A DNA stretch of 64,000 nt, taken from IMG/VR virus record IMGVR_UViG_3300044644_002613; one strand, given 5' to 3'. The position numbers were made by a program, and so were the translations under genes. Below are positions 30,184-39,671 of the stretch, piece after piece (position 1 is the first letter of the stretch; every line of letters begins with the position of its first letter). This DNA comes from an uncultured virus (IMG/VR IMGVR_UViG_3300044644_002613). Lineage: Duplodnaviria > Heunggongvirae > Uroviricota > Caudoviricetes. The notes beneath the pieces were generated by a model. The model was not told the origin of the DNA, searched no databases, and worked only from the letters and a program-made list of their open reading frames with translations.

Positions 30184-30537
30184 ATGGAAAATAAATTTAA
30201 AAATTTCGTTATTTTAAAAGAGTTATCGGAACACAATAATCTCTACATACCAGAAGGATTTGATTGGGTGAAAGACTATATTCATAAAATTCCCAAATAT
30301 GATATAGATCTTCCGACAATCACTAAAAAGTCTAAAATTCATTTTATAAACAAAAACAAGAATCCTATCTCTATTCATTTTATGGATGGATCTAAAATAT
30401 TTTGCTCATATGATCAATTTCTTAGACTTCCAAAAAATTTATGCCAAGGAAACGAACTTGAATTTAAATTTCTCGGTCATTCTAGCCAAAAAGACCAACC
30501 AATGCTATTGAAGTCAATAAAATTAATTAGCGTTTAA
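30184..30537 (+). CDS. Hypothetical protein with an N-terminal FKNF motif
   Basis: 117-aa ORF. Confidence 0.6.
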   Translation: MENKFKNFVILKELSEHNNLYIPEGFDWVKDYIHKIPKYDIDLPTITKKSKIHFINKNKNPISIHFMDGSKIFCSYDQFLRLPKNLCQGNELEFKFLGHSSQKDQPMLLKSIKLISV

Positions 30538-30730
30538 TTTTATTGATATCGATCTTATCAGGATCAAATCCTGGTGAAAATGGAGATGGAGAATATTCTT
30601 TTTGCAACTTATGAATTACTCTATCGGCCACTTTATCAATAATTACTTTATGACCAAATGCCAAACCTAAAAACAAAATCGCCAATGCAACAACTGGCAA
30701 AAATAATTTATTTTCTGTAATATTACTCAT
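30527..30730 (-). CDS. Small membrane protein
   Basis: Transmembrane helix plus YSPSPFSPGFDPDK. Confidence 0.65.
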   Translation of the reverse strand: MSNITENKLFLPVVALAILFLGLAFGHKVIIDKVADRVIHKLQKEYSPSPFSPGFDPDKIDINKIKR

Positions 30731-30751
30731 TTTAAACCTTCCTTTTGAATA

Positions 30752-31807
30752 TTATAGTTTACTAACTTTCCTATCCCATTCTTTTTTTCTTACACTTGGA
30801 TTTTTTTTCTCAATTTCATTTATTTTTTCAAGCAAATCAAGATATTCCTGTGGCATATTTTTAGGCATATCTAACTTTGGAATTGCAAACATGTCACCAA
30901 TACCATCTATTCCACCAGGCAAGCCCTGTCTTTGAATTCTAATTTGTGAATTTGGCATAGTGTTTTTTGGTATCTTTACTTTTACTTTTTGTTTGTAAAT
31001 ATTTGAAATTTCTAATTCAAATCCATTTACAAGTTGGTAAAAAGTACAAGGAACATCTATCACAATGTGATTATCGTGTCGTTGGAAAAATTCATGCTGT
31101 AATACTTGAATGAATATAATCAAATCGCCATTAATTCCATTATTGTGCCTACAAGGATCACCTTGTTCTGGCATGCGTATTTGACCACTTGATACCCCTG
31201 CTGGAATGGGCAAATCAATTACCACTTCTTCACTTTGCATTCCTTGATATCCAGCACCATTACAGTCATTGCAATTTTCTATAATTATCTTTCCAGAACC
31301 ATTACATGCTTGGCATGCGGTTTGAAAATTAATATTTGCATTTCCTTGCAACAAAACATTATGAATGCCTGTTCCATTACAATGCTTGCAGCTTTCAAAC
31401 TTTTTAGATCCATTTCCATTGCAGGATGCACATATTTTGCTTTTTTTTACTTTTACTTGTTTAGAACAACCTGTAGCAGCTTCTTCTAAAGTAATTTCAA
31501 CTTTGACTTGTATATTTTTTCCTTTGTGAATAGATTTTCCAAAGATGTCGTGCATAGTATGCATGAAACCAGAAGACCATTCATTAGGATTAACACCAAA
31601 GCCAAATTGATCAAATTGGTTTTTCTTTTTTGAATTATTTAAAATATCATAAGATTCTTGAACTTCTCTAAATTTCTCCTCTGCTGTAGGATCTCCAATA
31701 TTCCTATCAGGATGAAACTGTTTAGCTTTTTTCCTGTAGGCATTTTGAATTTCTTCAGCAGAGGCAGTTCTAGAAATTTCTAATACTAAATATGGATCTT
31801 TATTCAT
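30752..31807 (-). CDS. dnaJ: Chaperone DnaJ
   Basis: J-domain with HPD, four CxxCxGxG repeats, C-terminal domain. Confidence 0.95.
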   Translation of the reverse strand: MNKDPYLVLEISRTASAEEIQNAYRKKAKQFHPDRNIGDPTAEEKFREVQESYDILNNSKKKNQFDQFGFGVNPNEWSSGFMHTMHDIFGKSIHKGKNIQVKVEITLEEAATGCSKQVKVKKSKICASCNGNGSKKFESCKHCNGTGIHNVLLQGNANINFQTACQACNGSGKIIIENCNDCNGAGYQGMQSEEVVIDLPIPAGVSSGQIRMPEQGDPCRHNNGINGDLIIFIQVLQHEFFQRHDNHIVIDVPCTFYQLVNGFELEISNIYKQKVKVKIPKNTMPNSQIRIQRQGLPGGIDGIGDMFAIPKLDMPKNMPQEYLDLLEKINEIEKKNPSVRKKEWDRKVSKL

Positions 31808-31812
31808 TTTTT

Positions 31813-32151
31813 CTATTCGACAATAACAGCCTTAATAGCATTAGGTTCCATCAAGAAAGAGTCTCGATGAATAGAATTGTAATTTGGAGAAATTACACCG
31901 CTTCCGCTAATTAAAACTCGATCACCAACCTTATAACCCCATTCTGAACTAAAAGTTGGGCCAACAGCCCTTATGTAGCCCTGTAAAGGCACCTTAAGAT
32001 CTGTTTTTTCAGAAATAGTGATATTGGTGTTCATAAGCTCTTGTGGTGTCAAAATCTCAACTAAAACTTGACTACCACAAGGAGTGACACCTTTAACAGT
32101 ACGAACCGAAGAAAGGCACTCGCCATCTGCACCGACAATTTTCTTAGACAT
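31813..32151 (-). CDS. GroES-like co-chaperonin
   Basis: PCGSQVLVE, GYIRAVGP, KVGDRVLI, IKAVIVE. Confidence 0.75.
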   Translation of the reverse strand: MSKKIVGADGECLSSVRTVKGVTPCGSQVLVEILTPQELMNTNITISEKTDLKVPLQGYIRAVGPTFSSEWGYKVGDRVLISGSGVISPNYNSIHRDSFLMEPNAIKAVIVE

Positions 32152-32160
32152 TTGAAACTC

Positions 32161-32493
32161 CTAAAAAATATCATTTGTATTAGTTGTTATAGTAATATTC
32201 TTTGCATAAATTTCATTAGTAGAAAAATTGTTATGGTCAAATTGATTAGAAACAAATAATTGTGGATTAATTTGCCTATTTGTCATTTCTGAATCATAGA
32301 TTTTAAAATCTATATTTTTTTTATCATCCGATACAACCAAAGGCACATCTGATAATTTTTCAAATATTTTTTCAGCTTCCTTTTCGCAATAACCATCCAT
32401 TAAATCTAAATGGCCCAAACAAGCATCATAATAAATTGATTTAGCAAAGCTCAATAGTTGTTCAATTGTAATTTTTTTAGAAATCATTGGCAC
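32161..32493 (-). CDS. Hypothetical protein
   Basis: 110-aa ORF. Confidence 0.55.
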   Translation of the reverse strand: MPMISKKITIEQLLSFAKSIYYDACLGHLDLMDGYCEKEAEKIFEKLSDVPLVVSDDKKNIDFKIYDSEMTNRQINPQLFVSNQFDHNNFSTNEIYAKNITITTNTNDIF

Positions 32494-32499
32494 CTCTTG

Positions 32500-33708
32500 T
32501 TAAATCCAGTATGTTATAAAGTAACATTTGTGATCTTTCTCAGCAACTATAATTGGAGTAAAATATTTATTTTGAATCATATTTTTATCAAATTCATATT
32601 TTGATTCCAAACAATCTTGATAAACTCTCAATTTCCCATTGCAGTCTATAAATGAATAATTTTTATCTTTAGACAAAACAGGAAAATCAAAAGAAGGTAC
32701 TATTAAACCATAAAAATCAAATATCGATTTGTTGTCTGCCTCTGGAAATTTTTCCAATTTGCTTATAACATCTTTTACTTTATCGGTCATAATATCATTG
32801 AAATAATTCAATGGGTATATTTTAGGCTCATATTCATAACCATTTATTTCTTCATTTTCATCAAAAAAGTATTTTCCAAAAAGTCCTTGGGTGGCAAATA
32901 TTTTAAATATATCTGATTGATCTGAAAAAATAGTTGGTGTGATTGAACTCGTATAGTTAAAATTTCTCGACAGAATCAAACTGGCAGCGGACATGGTAAT
33001 TCTATTGAACCCAAAATAAGATTGTCGTATATACTCATGATAAGATTGCAAGTTGCTTGTTATTTCGTTTGCCAAAAAAGAACAACCCAAATCCTCATAT
33101 CTTTTGGCTTTGCGTTCCATATTTTTAACTTCATTTTCTAAAGATTTATCAAATCTTAAAAAATTATAAAAATTATTTGGATGAGAATTAAAATTATAAA
33201 TTCCTTTTTTATAAGCACTATTAAGATCAATTATTTGCATCTTTTTTTGACATCTGATTTTTTCTTTTTTTTCATTGTCATTTAAAAAACGCAAATTGCA
33301 TCTGTTGTTTTCTGGAACATCGATTTTAGACAATATTTTAAAATTATCTAAAACATATTTACTCATAAAACTTTGAAGAAGTTCACTCAGCTTGGTGAAT
33401 TTATTCGCTTTTCCAAAATTATAATAAGAGCATAATTCATCGAATACTTGGTTGAATTCACCATTATCTTGAAAAATCCCATCATAACAATCTTCAATAT
33501 TTGGATGGCTTATGTCAACACTTTTTAAAAAAGCGACAATTTTATCTCCGATGTCACCAAACGCAGTACGCAATATTTCGTGATCCGAATTAAGTAATTT
33601 GGAAATGAATAAATTATCTTTTTTTTTATAAAAACTAGAATTAGAATTAAGTCTTTTATAGAATTCTTCAAAAAAACTAATTATATTTGTGTCTTTAATA
33701 GGATTCAT
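32500..33708 (-). CDS. Hypothetical protein
   Basis: Long ORF; start placed at MNPIKD downstream of infC. Confidence 0.65.
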   Translation of the reverse strand: MNPIKDTNIISFFEEFYKRLNSNSSFYKKKDNLFISKLLNSDHEILRTAFGDIGDKIVAFLKSVDISHPNIEDCYDGIFQDNGEFNQVFDELCSYYNFGKANKFTKLSELLQSFMSKYVLDNFKILSKIDVPENNRCNLRFLNDNEKKEKIRCQKKMQIIDLNSAYKKGIYNFNSHPNNFYNFLRFDKSLENEVKNMERKAKRYEDLGCSFLANEITSNLQSYHEYIRQSYFGFNRITMSAASLILSRNFNYTSSITPTIFSDQSDIFKIFATQGLFGKYFFDENEEINGYEYEPKIYPLNYFNDIMTDKVKDVISKLEKFPEADNKSIFDFYGLIVPSFDFPVLSKDKNYSFIDCNGKLRVYQDCLESKYEFDKNMIQNKYFTPIIVAEKDHKCYFITYWI

Positions 33709-33715
33709 GTTTTTC

Positions 33716-34273
33716 TCAAACTTTAGAAGCCAAACAACAAAATATTTTATTACCTTCAAATTTAGGAGCAACTTCCACTGTTGAATATTCAGACAAACTA
33801 TCAATCAATTTTTTAACAAGATTAAAACCATTGTCAATATGATTTAATTCCCTTCCGCCTTTAAATTGAACGATGCAGTGAATCTTACAACCTTCTTGCA
33901 AAAACCTTTTCGCATGATTAACTTTTGTCATAAGGTCATTTTCTGCAATAGATGGTCTAAATCTCAATTCTTTAAATTGTATTTGAGATTCCCTTTTCTT
34001 TTTGGCACTCTCTTTATCTTTTACTTTTTTTTCATATTTGTACTTAGCATAATCCATAATTTTACAAAGTGGAGGATTAGCATTTGGGATAACTTCTACT
34101 AAATCAAAATTAGATTCTTCTGCAATTCTTCTTGCATTATCTGTTGACATGATGCCAAGCTGCTCTTCGTTTCTTACGACTCTTACAGTGAGTACTCTAA
34201 TTTGATAATTTATTCTAAGTTCGCTAGGTTTGTTTGGATCTTTATCATAATTGCGATAGTTCTGATGATGCAT
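33716..34273 (-). CDS. infC: Translation initiation factor IF-3
   Basis: RINYQIR..VRVV, DLVEV.PNANPPLCKIMDYAKYKYE, KELRFRPSI. Confidence 0.95.
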   Translation of the reverse strand: MHHQNYRNYDKDPNKPSELRINYQIRVLTVRVVRNEEQLGIMSTDNARRIAEESNFDLVEVIPNANPPLCKIMDYAKYKYEKKVKDKESAKKKRESQIQFKELRFRPSIAENDLMTKVNHAKRFLQEGCKIHCIVQFKGGRELNHIDNGFNLVKKLIDSLSEYSTVEVAPKFEGNKIFCCLASKV

Positions 34274-35820
34274 TAAGTGCTTTCCTTGGTAAATGTCACA
34301 TTTATAAGACTAATTTCTTTAGATTTCAAAGATGTAGATATAACGCTGTCTAATTCATCTTTGTTAGATACAATAAAACCATTACCGAAATTAAAAAATT
34401 GTTTAAACTTTTCAATATTATAAAATTTATTCATGTTATTACTTAGTATAAAAATTATAGGATTAAGTTTATTTTGAAACAAAGTATGCAATTCGATCAT
34501 GGAAATATCAAATGAATTTTCACTCAACAATACAATTGGTCTAAGTTCTGGCTTTGATAGTTGTAAACCTAAAGAGCCAGGAATTGCAAATCCTGTAGAA
34601 TAATGAAATGCAGGGCTAAAAAATCTATTTTCATAAACCCTTAATTTAGAAGCACTTGTAAGAAAATCGCCAGCATCGGCTATTATTGCCAAATTATTAT
34701 CTTTGCATATAAGATTATTGATTTTATTGAAAAAATATTTTTCAGAAATATATTCATTATTTTTAGAATCTTCAAAATATTCATTATTTTTATAATTTTC
34801 AATTATTGCCTTAGAAGGAAAATTTATTTCAAATAAATAATTACAAAAATCAGAAAATGTCACATTATTATAAACATGATTCTTTATATAAAGACCTTCA
34901 GTAGAGCAAAAAACAACATGTCTTTTAGTAAATCTTGGAGATTGAAATCCAAGAGTTACATCCGATAAACATTCTCCAAAAACCAACAGACAGTCAGACT
35001 GATCTATAATTGCATTCACATTTTCATCAGATGTCTTAGAGCCACAATAAACCCCACGAAACAAATGATTGTTCTCATCAACAGAACTTTTTCCAAGCAA
35101 TGTTGTCATAAATGGAATATTGTGTTTTTCTGCAAATCTAACAATCTTTTTGCTTAGTCCGTATCTTATAACTTGAACACCTATTAATATCACAGGATTT
35201 TTACTTTCGGCAATCCAATCTGAAGTTTCTTTTATTGCATCCTGTAATGTTTCTTTGTCGCTTGTTTTACTATTTGGAGTTCCGTCACGATAGACATCAT
35301 ATCTAATTGGTGAATTGGCTACATCTATAGGAAGCTCTAAGTAAATAGGCTGCTTGTTTTTCAGAAGTGCCTCCAACCCTTCATCGATAGCCAGACCTGC
35401 TTTTGTAGCATCATTTAAAATAGTCGAATAACAAGTAATGTTTTTAAATATTTTTTGCTGGTTATCAAAACTTCTCACGACATGATGTAATAAAAAATCT
35501 TCATTTCTTGATTTTATAGGAGGAGACATGGATATCACAATGACTGGTGATTTCTCCGAGTATGCACCAGCAATTGAATTGCAAAGCTTTAAGGCTCCCG
35601 CATTGTAATTTGCACAAACGCAACCAGTGCCTTGAATCCTAGCGTAAATGTCAGCAGCAAATCCAGAACTGTTTTCATCTTTATTGGCAATAAATTTTAT
35701 TTTAGAATTATTATTTATATTTTCTATAAAACTATTATTGTGACCACCAACAACTCCAAAAATGTGTTTAACACCAATGTTTTCAAGCCTTTCAATCAAA
35801 AAATTTGAAACTAATGACAT
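34273..35820 (-). CDS. Pyruvate/indolepyruvate decarboxylase-family protein with a degenerate ThDP-binding motif
   Basis: GVKHIFGV, GFAAD.YARI, IAGAYSEKSPV, LLHH, TTLLGKS, GFAIPGSLG; GDG replaced by SEN. Confidence 0.85.
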   Translation of the reverse strand: MSLVSNFLIERLENIGVKHIFGVVGGHNNSFIENINNNSKIKFIANKDENSSGFAADIYARIQGTGCVCANYNAGALKLCNSIAGAYSEKSPVIVISMSPPIKSRNEDFLLHHVVRSFDNQQKIFKNITCYSTILNDATKAGLAIDEGLEALLKNKQPIYLELPIDVANSPIRYDVYRDGTPNSKTSDKETLQDAIKETSDWIAESKNPVILIGVQVIRYGLSKKIVRFAEKHNIPFMTTLLGKSSVDENNHLFRGVYCGSKTSDENVNAIIDQSDCLLVFGECLSDVTLGFQSPRFTKRHVVFCSTEGLYIKNHVYNNVTFSDFCNYLFEINFPSKAIIENYKNNEYFEDSKNNEYISEKYFFNKINNLICKDNNLAIIADAGDFLTSASKLRVYENRFFSPAFHYSTGFAIPGSLGLQLSKPELRPIVLLSENSFDISMIELHTLFQNKLNPIIFILSNNMNKFYNIEKFKQFFNFGNGFIVSNKDELDSVISTSLKSKEISLINVTFTKEST

Positions 35821-35827
35821 AATTTTC

Positions 35828-36595
35828 TCATATCTCTGATGTTGGACTATCTGAAATTTTTAAAATATAGCCTTCAGTATCTACTGGGAATCTTCTGATC
35901 CATTCAATATTGGGAGGTATGTTGCAATGATAATCAATATTACTAGGATCTATAAAACTTGGAATTACCGATAATGATTCCAAGTTTAGCGTTACAGCCA
36001 TTTTCATGAGTTTAAATTCTAAAAAGTAACAACCTGGAAAACATGTATCTCCATTTTTCCATTGATATACGAAATAACTTTCTTGTAAAACATCTTTGGT
36101 CGTCATTCCATCAACGCCAATCACATCTTGATATACCATTTCTGTTTGAGCAGCAGAATTCATAAACTTTATAATTTTTACAGGTTGCCCTTTTTTCCAA
36201 TTTTGAGCAATTGTTCCATGATAACCTCTTTGTACTTGAATGTAATAATTAGATTCATCAAAGGCTGTAACCAACAAATGCTCCGTCTGTCTTGGTCTGT
36301 CAACTATTATAACATCACCAATCATAATCTGATTAAATCCGATATTATCAGCAAGAGAAAAATATGTATCTGTGCTGCTGACTGCGAATTTAAATTTCCC
36401 ATTTGACCACATCGAAGCCTCTAACACGAGATCAGTAAGATCTAAAGGGCCATCACAATCTTCGATCTTTACTTTAAAATCAGGCTTTGTATCATTTCTT
36501 CTTAGAGTAAAGTCGGGGCAAACACCGCTTTTACAACCATATTGGTCAATGCATCCGCTACTCTGACCCGTGTATTTATTTGAATTGCAACTCAT
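35828..36595 (-). CDS. Probable baseplate/tail structural protein (BppU-like N-terminus)
   Basis: FTLRRNDTKPDFKV...PLDLTD...YQWKNGDT..PG.YFLEF; start at ATG 36595. Confidence 0.65.
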   Translation of the reverse strand: MSCNSNKYTGQSSGCIDQYGCKSGVCPDFTLRRNDTKPDFKVKIEDCDGPLDLTDLVLEASMWSNGKFKFAVSSTDTYFSLADNIGFNQIMIGDVIIVDRPRQTEHLLVTAFDESNYYIQVQRGYHGTIAQNWKKGQPVKIIKFMNSAAQTEMVYQDVIGVDGMTTKDVLQESYFVYQWKNGDTCFPGCYFLEFKLMKMAVTLNLESLSVIPSFIDPSNIDYHCNIPPNIEWIRRFPVDTEGYILKISDSPTSEI

Positions 36596-36614
36596 ATAAT
36601 ATTTATCCAATCCC

Positions 36615-37052
36615 TTAAAATATCTCAGCTTGTTGTATTAAAAATATGTAATCCTTTATCCAATGAAGGTTTCCATCGTATTTTTGCAAATCTATATTTG
36701 CACTTAAACACAACTGCTCAACTTCGTTATTTATCACTTCTGTTTCAATATAAACAATTTTTTTTACCAAAGAATTAGCTAAAATTATCAAAGATTCAAA
36801 TAATGGAGTGTAAGTCAAATAAAGAATACCAGAAACATCAAAAATTTTAAGATTAGTAAACAAATATATTTCTGGCTCTAAAACAAATATACCTTGCTCA
36901 GAACTAATACCTTTAGGCTTATTTTCAGAACTAATATAAATTATATTATTTGTGTCGCAAAATAATGCTATTTTTCTTTGTTTGGATTTAACTGATGATA
37001 AAAGAGCAATTCCAATATGATAATCATCATTTTTTAATCTCTGAATTTCCAT
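36615..37052 (-). CDS. dCMP-deaminase-like protein lacking zinc ligands
   Basis: DDYHIGIALL, LEPEI at the HAE position, LYLTYTPLFES at the PCxxC position, VKKIVY. Confidence 0.6.
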   Translation of the reverse strand: MEIQRLKNDDYHIGIALLSSVKSKQRKIALFCDTNNIIYISSENKPKGISSEQGIFVLEPEIYLFTNLKIFDVSGILYLTYTPLFESLIILANSLVKKIVYIETEVINNEVEQLCLSANIDLQKYDGNLHWIKDYIFLIQQAEIF

Positions 37053-37463
37053 TTAATCACCAACCATTTGAAGAAATTCTACGGACAAATTGTCATAATC
37101 ATTAATCTTTATAAAATCTTTCAACAATTTCTTTTGTTTTCTATCCATAAGTTTCATACAAATTTTTGAAGATAATGGAATTTTTATTTCCCATGAATTA
37201 TGAATATGTAAACAAGCCACTCCTTGTATGCTTCCCAATCTATAATAATCAACACATTCTTTTACATAAAAATCAGACGCACAATCATATGAATAACCAC
37301 TAATGGCTATTCCTTTTTCACATGGTATATTTAACAATTTGTTTTTGCATGGGTTTATATTATCAATAAAAACCGCAACAAGATATGTTCTTTGACTTGC
37401 ATCCAAAGAAATATTTAATTCTTTTTTTTGTAATTTGCACAATGAATTTAAATTCGTAGCCAT
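37053..37463 (-). CDS. Hypothetical protein
   Basis: 136-aa ORF. Confidence 0.55.
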   Translation of the reverse strand: MATNLNSLCKLQKKELNISLDASQRTYLVAVFIDNINPCKNKLLNIPCEKGIAISGYSYDCASDFYVKECVDYYRLGSIQGVACLHIHNSWEIKIPLSSKICMKLMDRKQKKLLKDFIKINDYDNLSVEFLQMVGD

Positions 37464-37511
37464 AACCTATTTTAATGCTGCTTTAAATCTATTTCAATTG
37501 TAAATTGGCTC

Positions 37512-38051
37512 TTATTTTTTAATTACCTTTTTATCGTCTTTCTTAATTACCTTTTTATCGTCTTTCTTAATTACTTTTTTATCGTCTTTCTTAATTACTT
37601 TTTTATCGTCTTTCTTTTCATTCTTTTTATCATCTTTTTTGACTATCTTCTTATCATCTTTTTCAACCACTTCATTATCATCATCTACACTAACACCATG
37701 TTTTTTCATGATTTTTTTCATTTTTTCTTGTGTTTCTTTTTTATTTTTCAAGAGCTTTAATTCCCAAATATCTTTAGCCAAAAGCTCAATCGAAGACATA
37801 AATTTATCAAAATTCAAATCTCTTGGCATAGGCTTTTTAGCCTCTCCAATCATATGACTTTTCTTTTTACGGCTTTTCTTTTTGTGACTTTTCTTTAATG
37901 CTTTTTTCAATCTTGTGACTTGCCAAGGAGGAGGTGTTCCACGGCTAAATATATCTGCAACAGGAGGTGCCAAGCCTAATGCAGCCTGTGTTTTAATCCT
38001 TGTTGCCGAACTTGATTCTTTTACTTTCAAAAAATTAGAGAATGTTATCAT
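37512..38051 (-). CDS. Lys-rich protein with a KKDDKKVI repeat tail
   Basis: Starts MITFSNFLKVKE; C-terminal tandem repeats. Confidence 0.7.
   Translation of the reverse strand: MITFSNFLKVKESSSATRIKTQAALGLAPPVADIFSRGTPPPWQVTRLKKALKKSHKKKSRKKKSHMIGEAKKPMPRDLNFDKFMSSIELLAKDIWELKLLKNKKETQEKMKKIMKKHGVSVDDDNEVVEKDDKKIVKKDDKKNEKKDDKKVIKKDDKKVIKKDDKKVIKKDDKKVIKK
37519..37662. repeat. 24-bp coding tandem repeat (4 near-perfect plus about 2 degenerate units)
   Basis: ttaattacctttttatcgtctttc units. Confidence 0.9.
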
Positions 38052-38058
38052 GCCATAT

Positions 38059-38376
38059 TTATGCTTCGGGAAACGAGTTTAATGAAAATTTTCCACTTTC
38101 TATTTCAGAAAGAAATTCTAAATTCATTTCCTTTTTTGCCTTATGATGTGATTCTTCTATCAATTTAAATCTAGCATACATAAATTGCATATATCTTTTT
38201 TTGCAAAAAATACCAGTATGATCTACAAAGTTATCATAATTTCCAAATACCAAAAGATATGAAATAAAATTTTCTTGTATTCCCGTAGAAAAGTACTTCA
38301 TAAGATACTTCTTATCTTTTGGTATCTTGTAATCAAAAAATTCGCCTGAGATAAACAAAGCATCATTATTAGACAT
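38059..38376 (-). CDS. Hypothetical protein
   Basis: 105-aa ORF containing NFVDHTG. Confidence 0.6.
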   Translation of the reverse strand: MSNNDALFISGEFFDYKIPKDKKYLMKYFSTGIQENFISYLLVFGNYDNFVDHTGIFCKKRYMQFMYARFKLIEESHHKAKKEMNLEFLSEIESGKFSLNSFPEA

Positions 38377-38773
38377 TAATCTTTATACCTTTAACATATT
38401 TCAAATATATAAGCATCATTCCACCAGCAAATTTTTGAGGTATCCCACTTTTACATAATAAATTTAATGTTTCATTGACCATTTTAATATCTTCCGTTAT
38501 GTCTCCTGTATTTTTTGCTTCAACAAAATTTGAATCTTTCATAGAGTCATAAACAATCTTTACGCCATCAATCAAAGTGGTTGAAGATACCATTGAGATT
38601 TTTTTGGGGTCTGTTAAGATATATTTTGGAACTTTTCCGCCACAATGCATAATTTTATCGGCAAAAAATCTATCAATACAAGACTTTAAAAAGTCTTTTG
38701 AATTCTCCGAAATCAAATTTACACTATCATTTAGATCACTTTCGAACTCATCATCAAATTCTTCATTTTGCAC
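38369..38773 (-). CDS. Hypothetical protein
   Basis: 134-aa ORF with a GGAG RBS. Confidence 0.6.
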   Translation of the reverse strand: MQNEEFDDEFESDLNDSVNLISENSKDFLKSCIDRFFADKIMHCGGKVPKYILTDPKKISMVSSTTLIDGVKIVYDSMKDSNFVEAKNTGDITEDIKMVNETLNLLCKSGIPQKFAGGMMLIYLKYVKGIKINV

Positions 38774-38840
38774 AGTAAACTCCTTTTCAACTTAAACAAA
38801 ATTACAAAGATTAATCTACATACTTAAAACAGGAGGTCAA

Positions 38841-39353
38841 ATGAAAAAAACATTTTTCATCATTATTTTTATAATTTTTATTTCTGGTTGTGGTAATTTC
38901 AGTCCTCGTCTTCAAAATAGGATAGCTAACGAGAATGGTAAAATTGAAGACATTAAGAATAATCAAAATGGATTTATGCTTGAATTAGGAAAACTTCGTA
39001 ATGAAGCACAAATACAAAATTCACAACTGAAAGAAGTACAACAAGGAATGTTAAACATGAACAATGCCTTATCTCGCAATGAAAACAGTGGGATACAAAT
39101 ACTTCAAGGAGATGGATCGCTTATACTTATATTCGCCTTGGCATCAATTGGTATGTTACTTTTTCACTATAGAAACAAAGCAAATAATAATGAAAAAATT
39201 GCCAATATGCTCGCTGTAGAAGTGGCTAGATTCAATGACCCAAATTTAAATGATAACATTTTAAGAACTTCCATGTTTACCTCGGTTGAATCAAAAGTGT
39301 TCAAACTATTGAACACACATGCAAAGAAGATATCACCAAAATCTCAAAAGTAA
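38841..39353 (+). CDS. Lipoprotein with a coiled-coil and a second hydrophobic helix
   Basis: Lipobox ISGC; GGAGG RBS; internal transmembrane segment. Confidence 0.7.
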   Translation: MKKTFFIIIFIIFISGCGNFSPRLQNRIANENGKIEDIKNNQNGFMLELGKLRNEAQIQNSQLKEVQQGMLNMNNALSRNENSGIQILQGDGSLILIFALASIGMLLFHYRNKANNNEKIANMLAVEVARFNDPNLNDNILRTSMFTSVESKVFKLLNTHAKKISPKSQK

Positions 39354-39356
39354 AGA

Positions 39357-39671
39357 CTAAAGGATATCATATCCTTGAGCGATGTTTTTAAGCTTAATGT
39401 ATCCTGAGCAATTGTCGCCCAAAGGAACTTTTTGTGAATGTGGATTTTTACCTTTATTTTTTGAATCTTTTAAAAATTCCGCAACTCGCTTGTCGATAAT
39501 TGCTTTTTTTTCTGCAATTAATTTGAGACAATAATGCTTAGATGGGTCAAGATCATCCTTTTCTAAGTACTTGCAAATGCCACTAGGACTTGAGATAGGA
39601 CCAGAACAAACATTTTTTATTTGCTTTAAACTTAACACATTAATTCCTATGAATATAAATTGGCTTGCCAA
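39357..39671 (-). CDS. Hypothetical Cys-containing protein (probable GTG start near 39638)
   Basis: CKYL...CLKL...GDNCSGY. Confidence 0.6.
   Translation of the reverse strand: MASQFIFIGINVLSLKQIKNVCSGPISSPSGICKYLEKDDLDPSKHYCLKLIAEKKAIIDKRVAEFLKDSKNKGKNPHSQKVPLGDNCSGYIKLKNIAQGYDIL

Noticed and set aside
37519..37662. 24-bp tandem repeat as a possible iteron or origin
   Set aside because: It lies in frame within a Lys-rich CDS.
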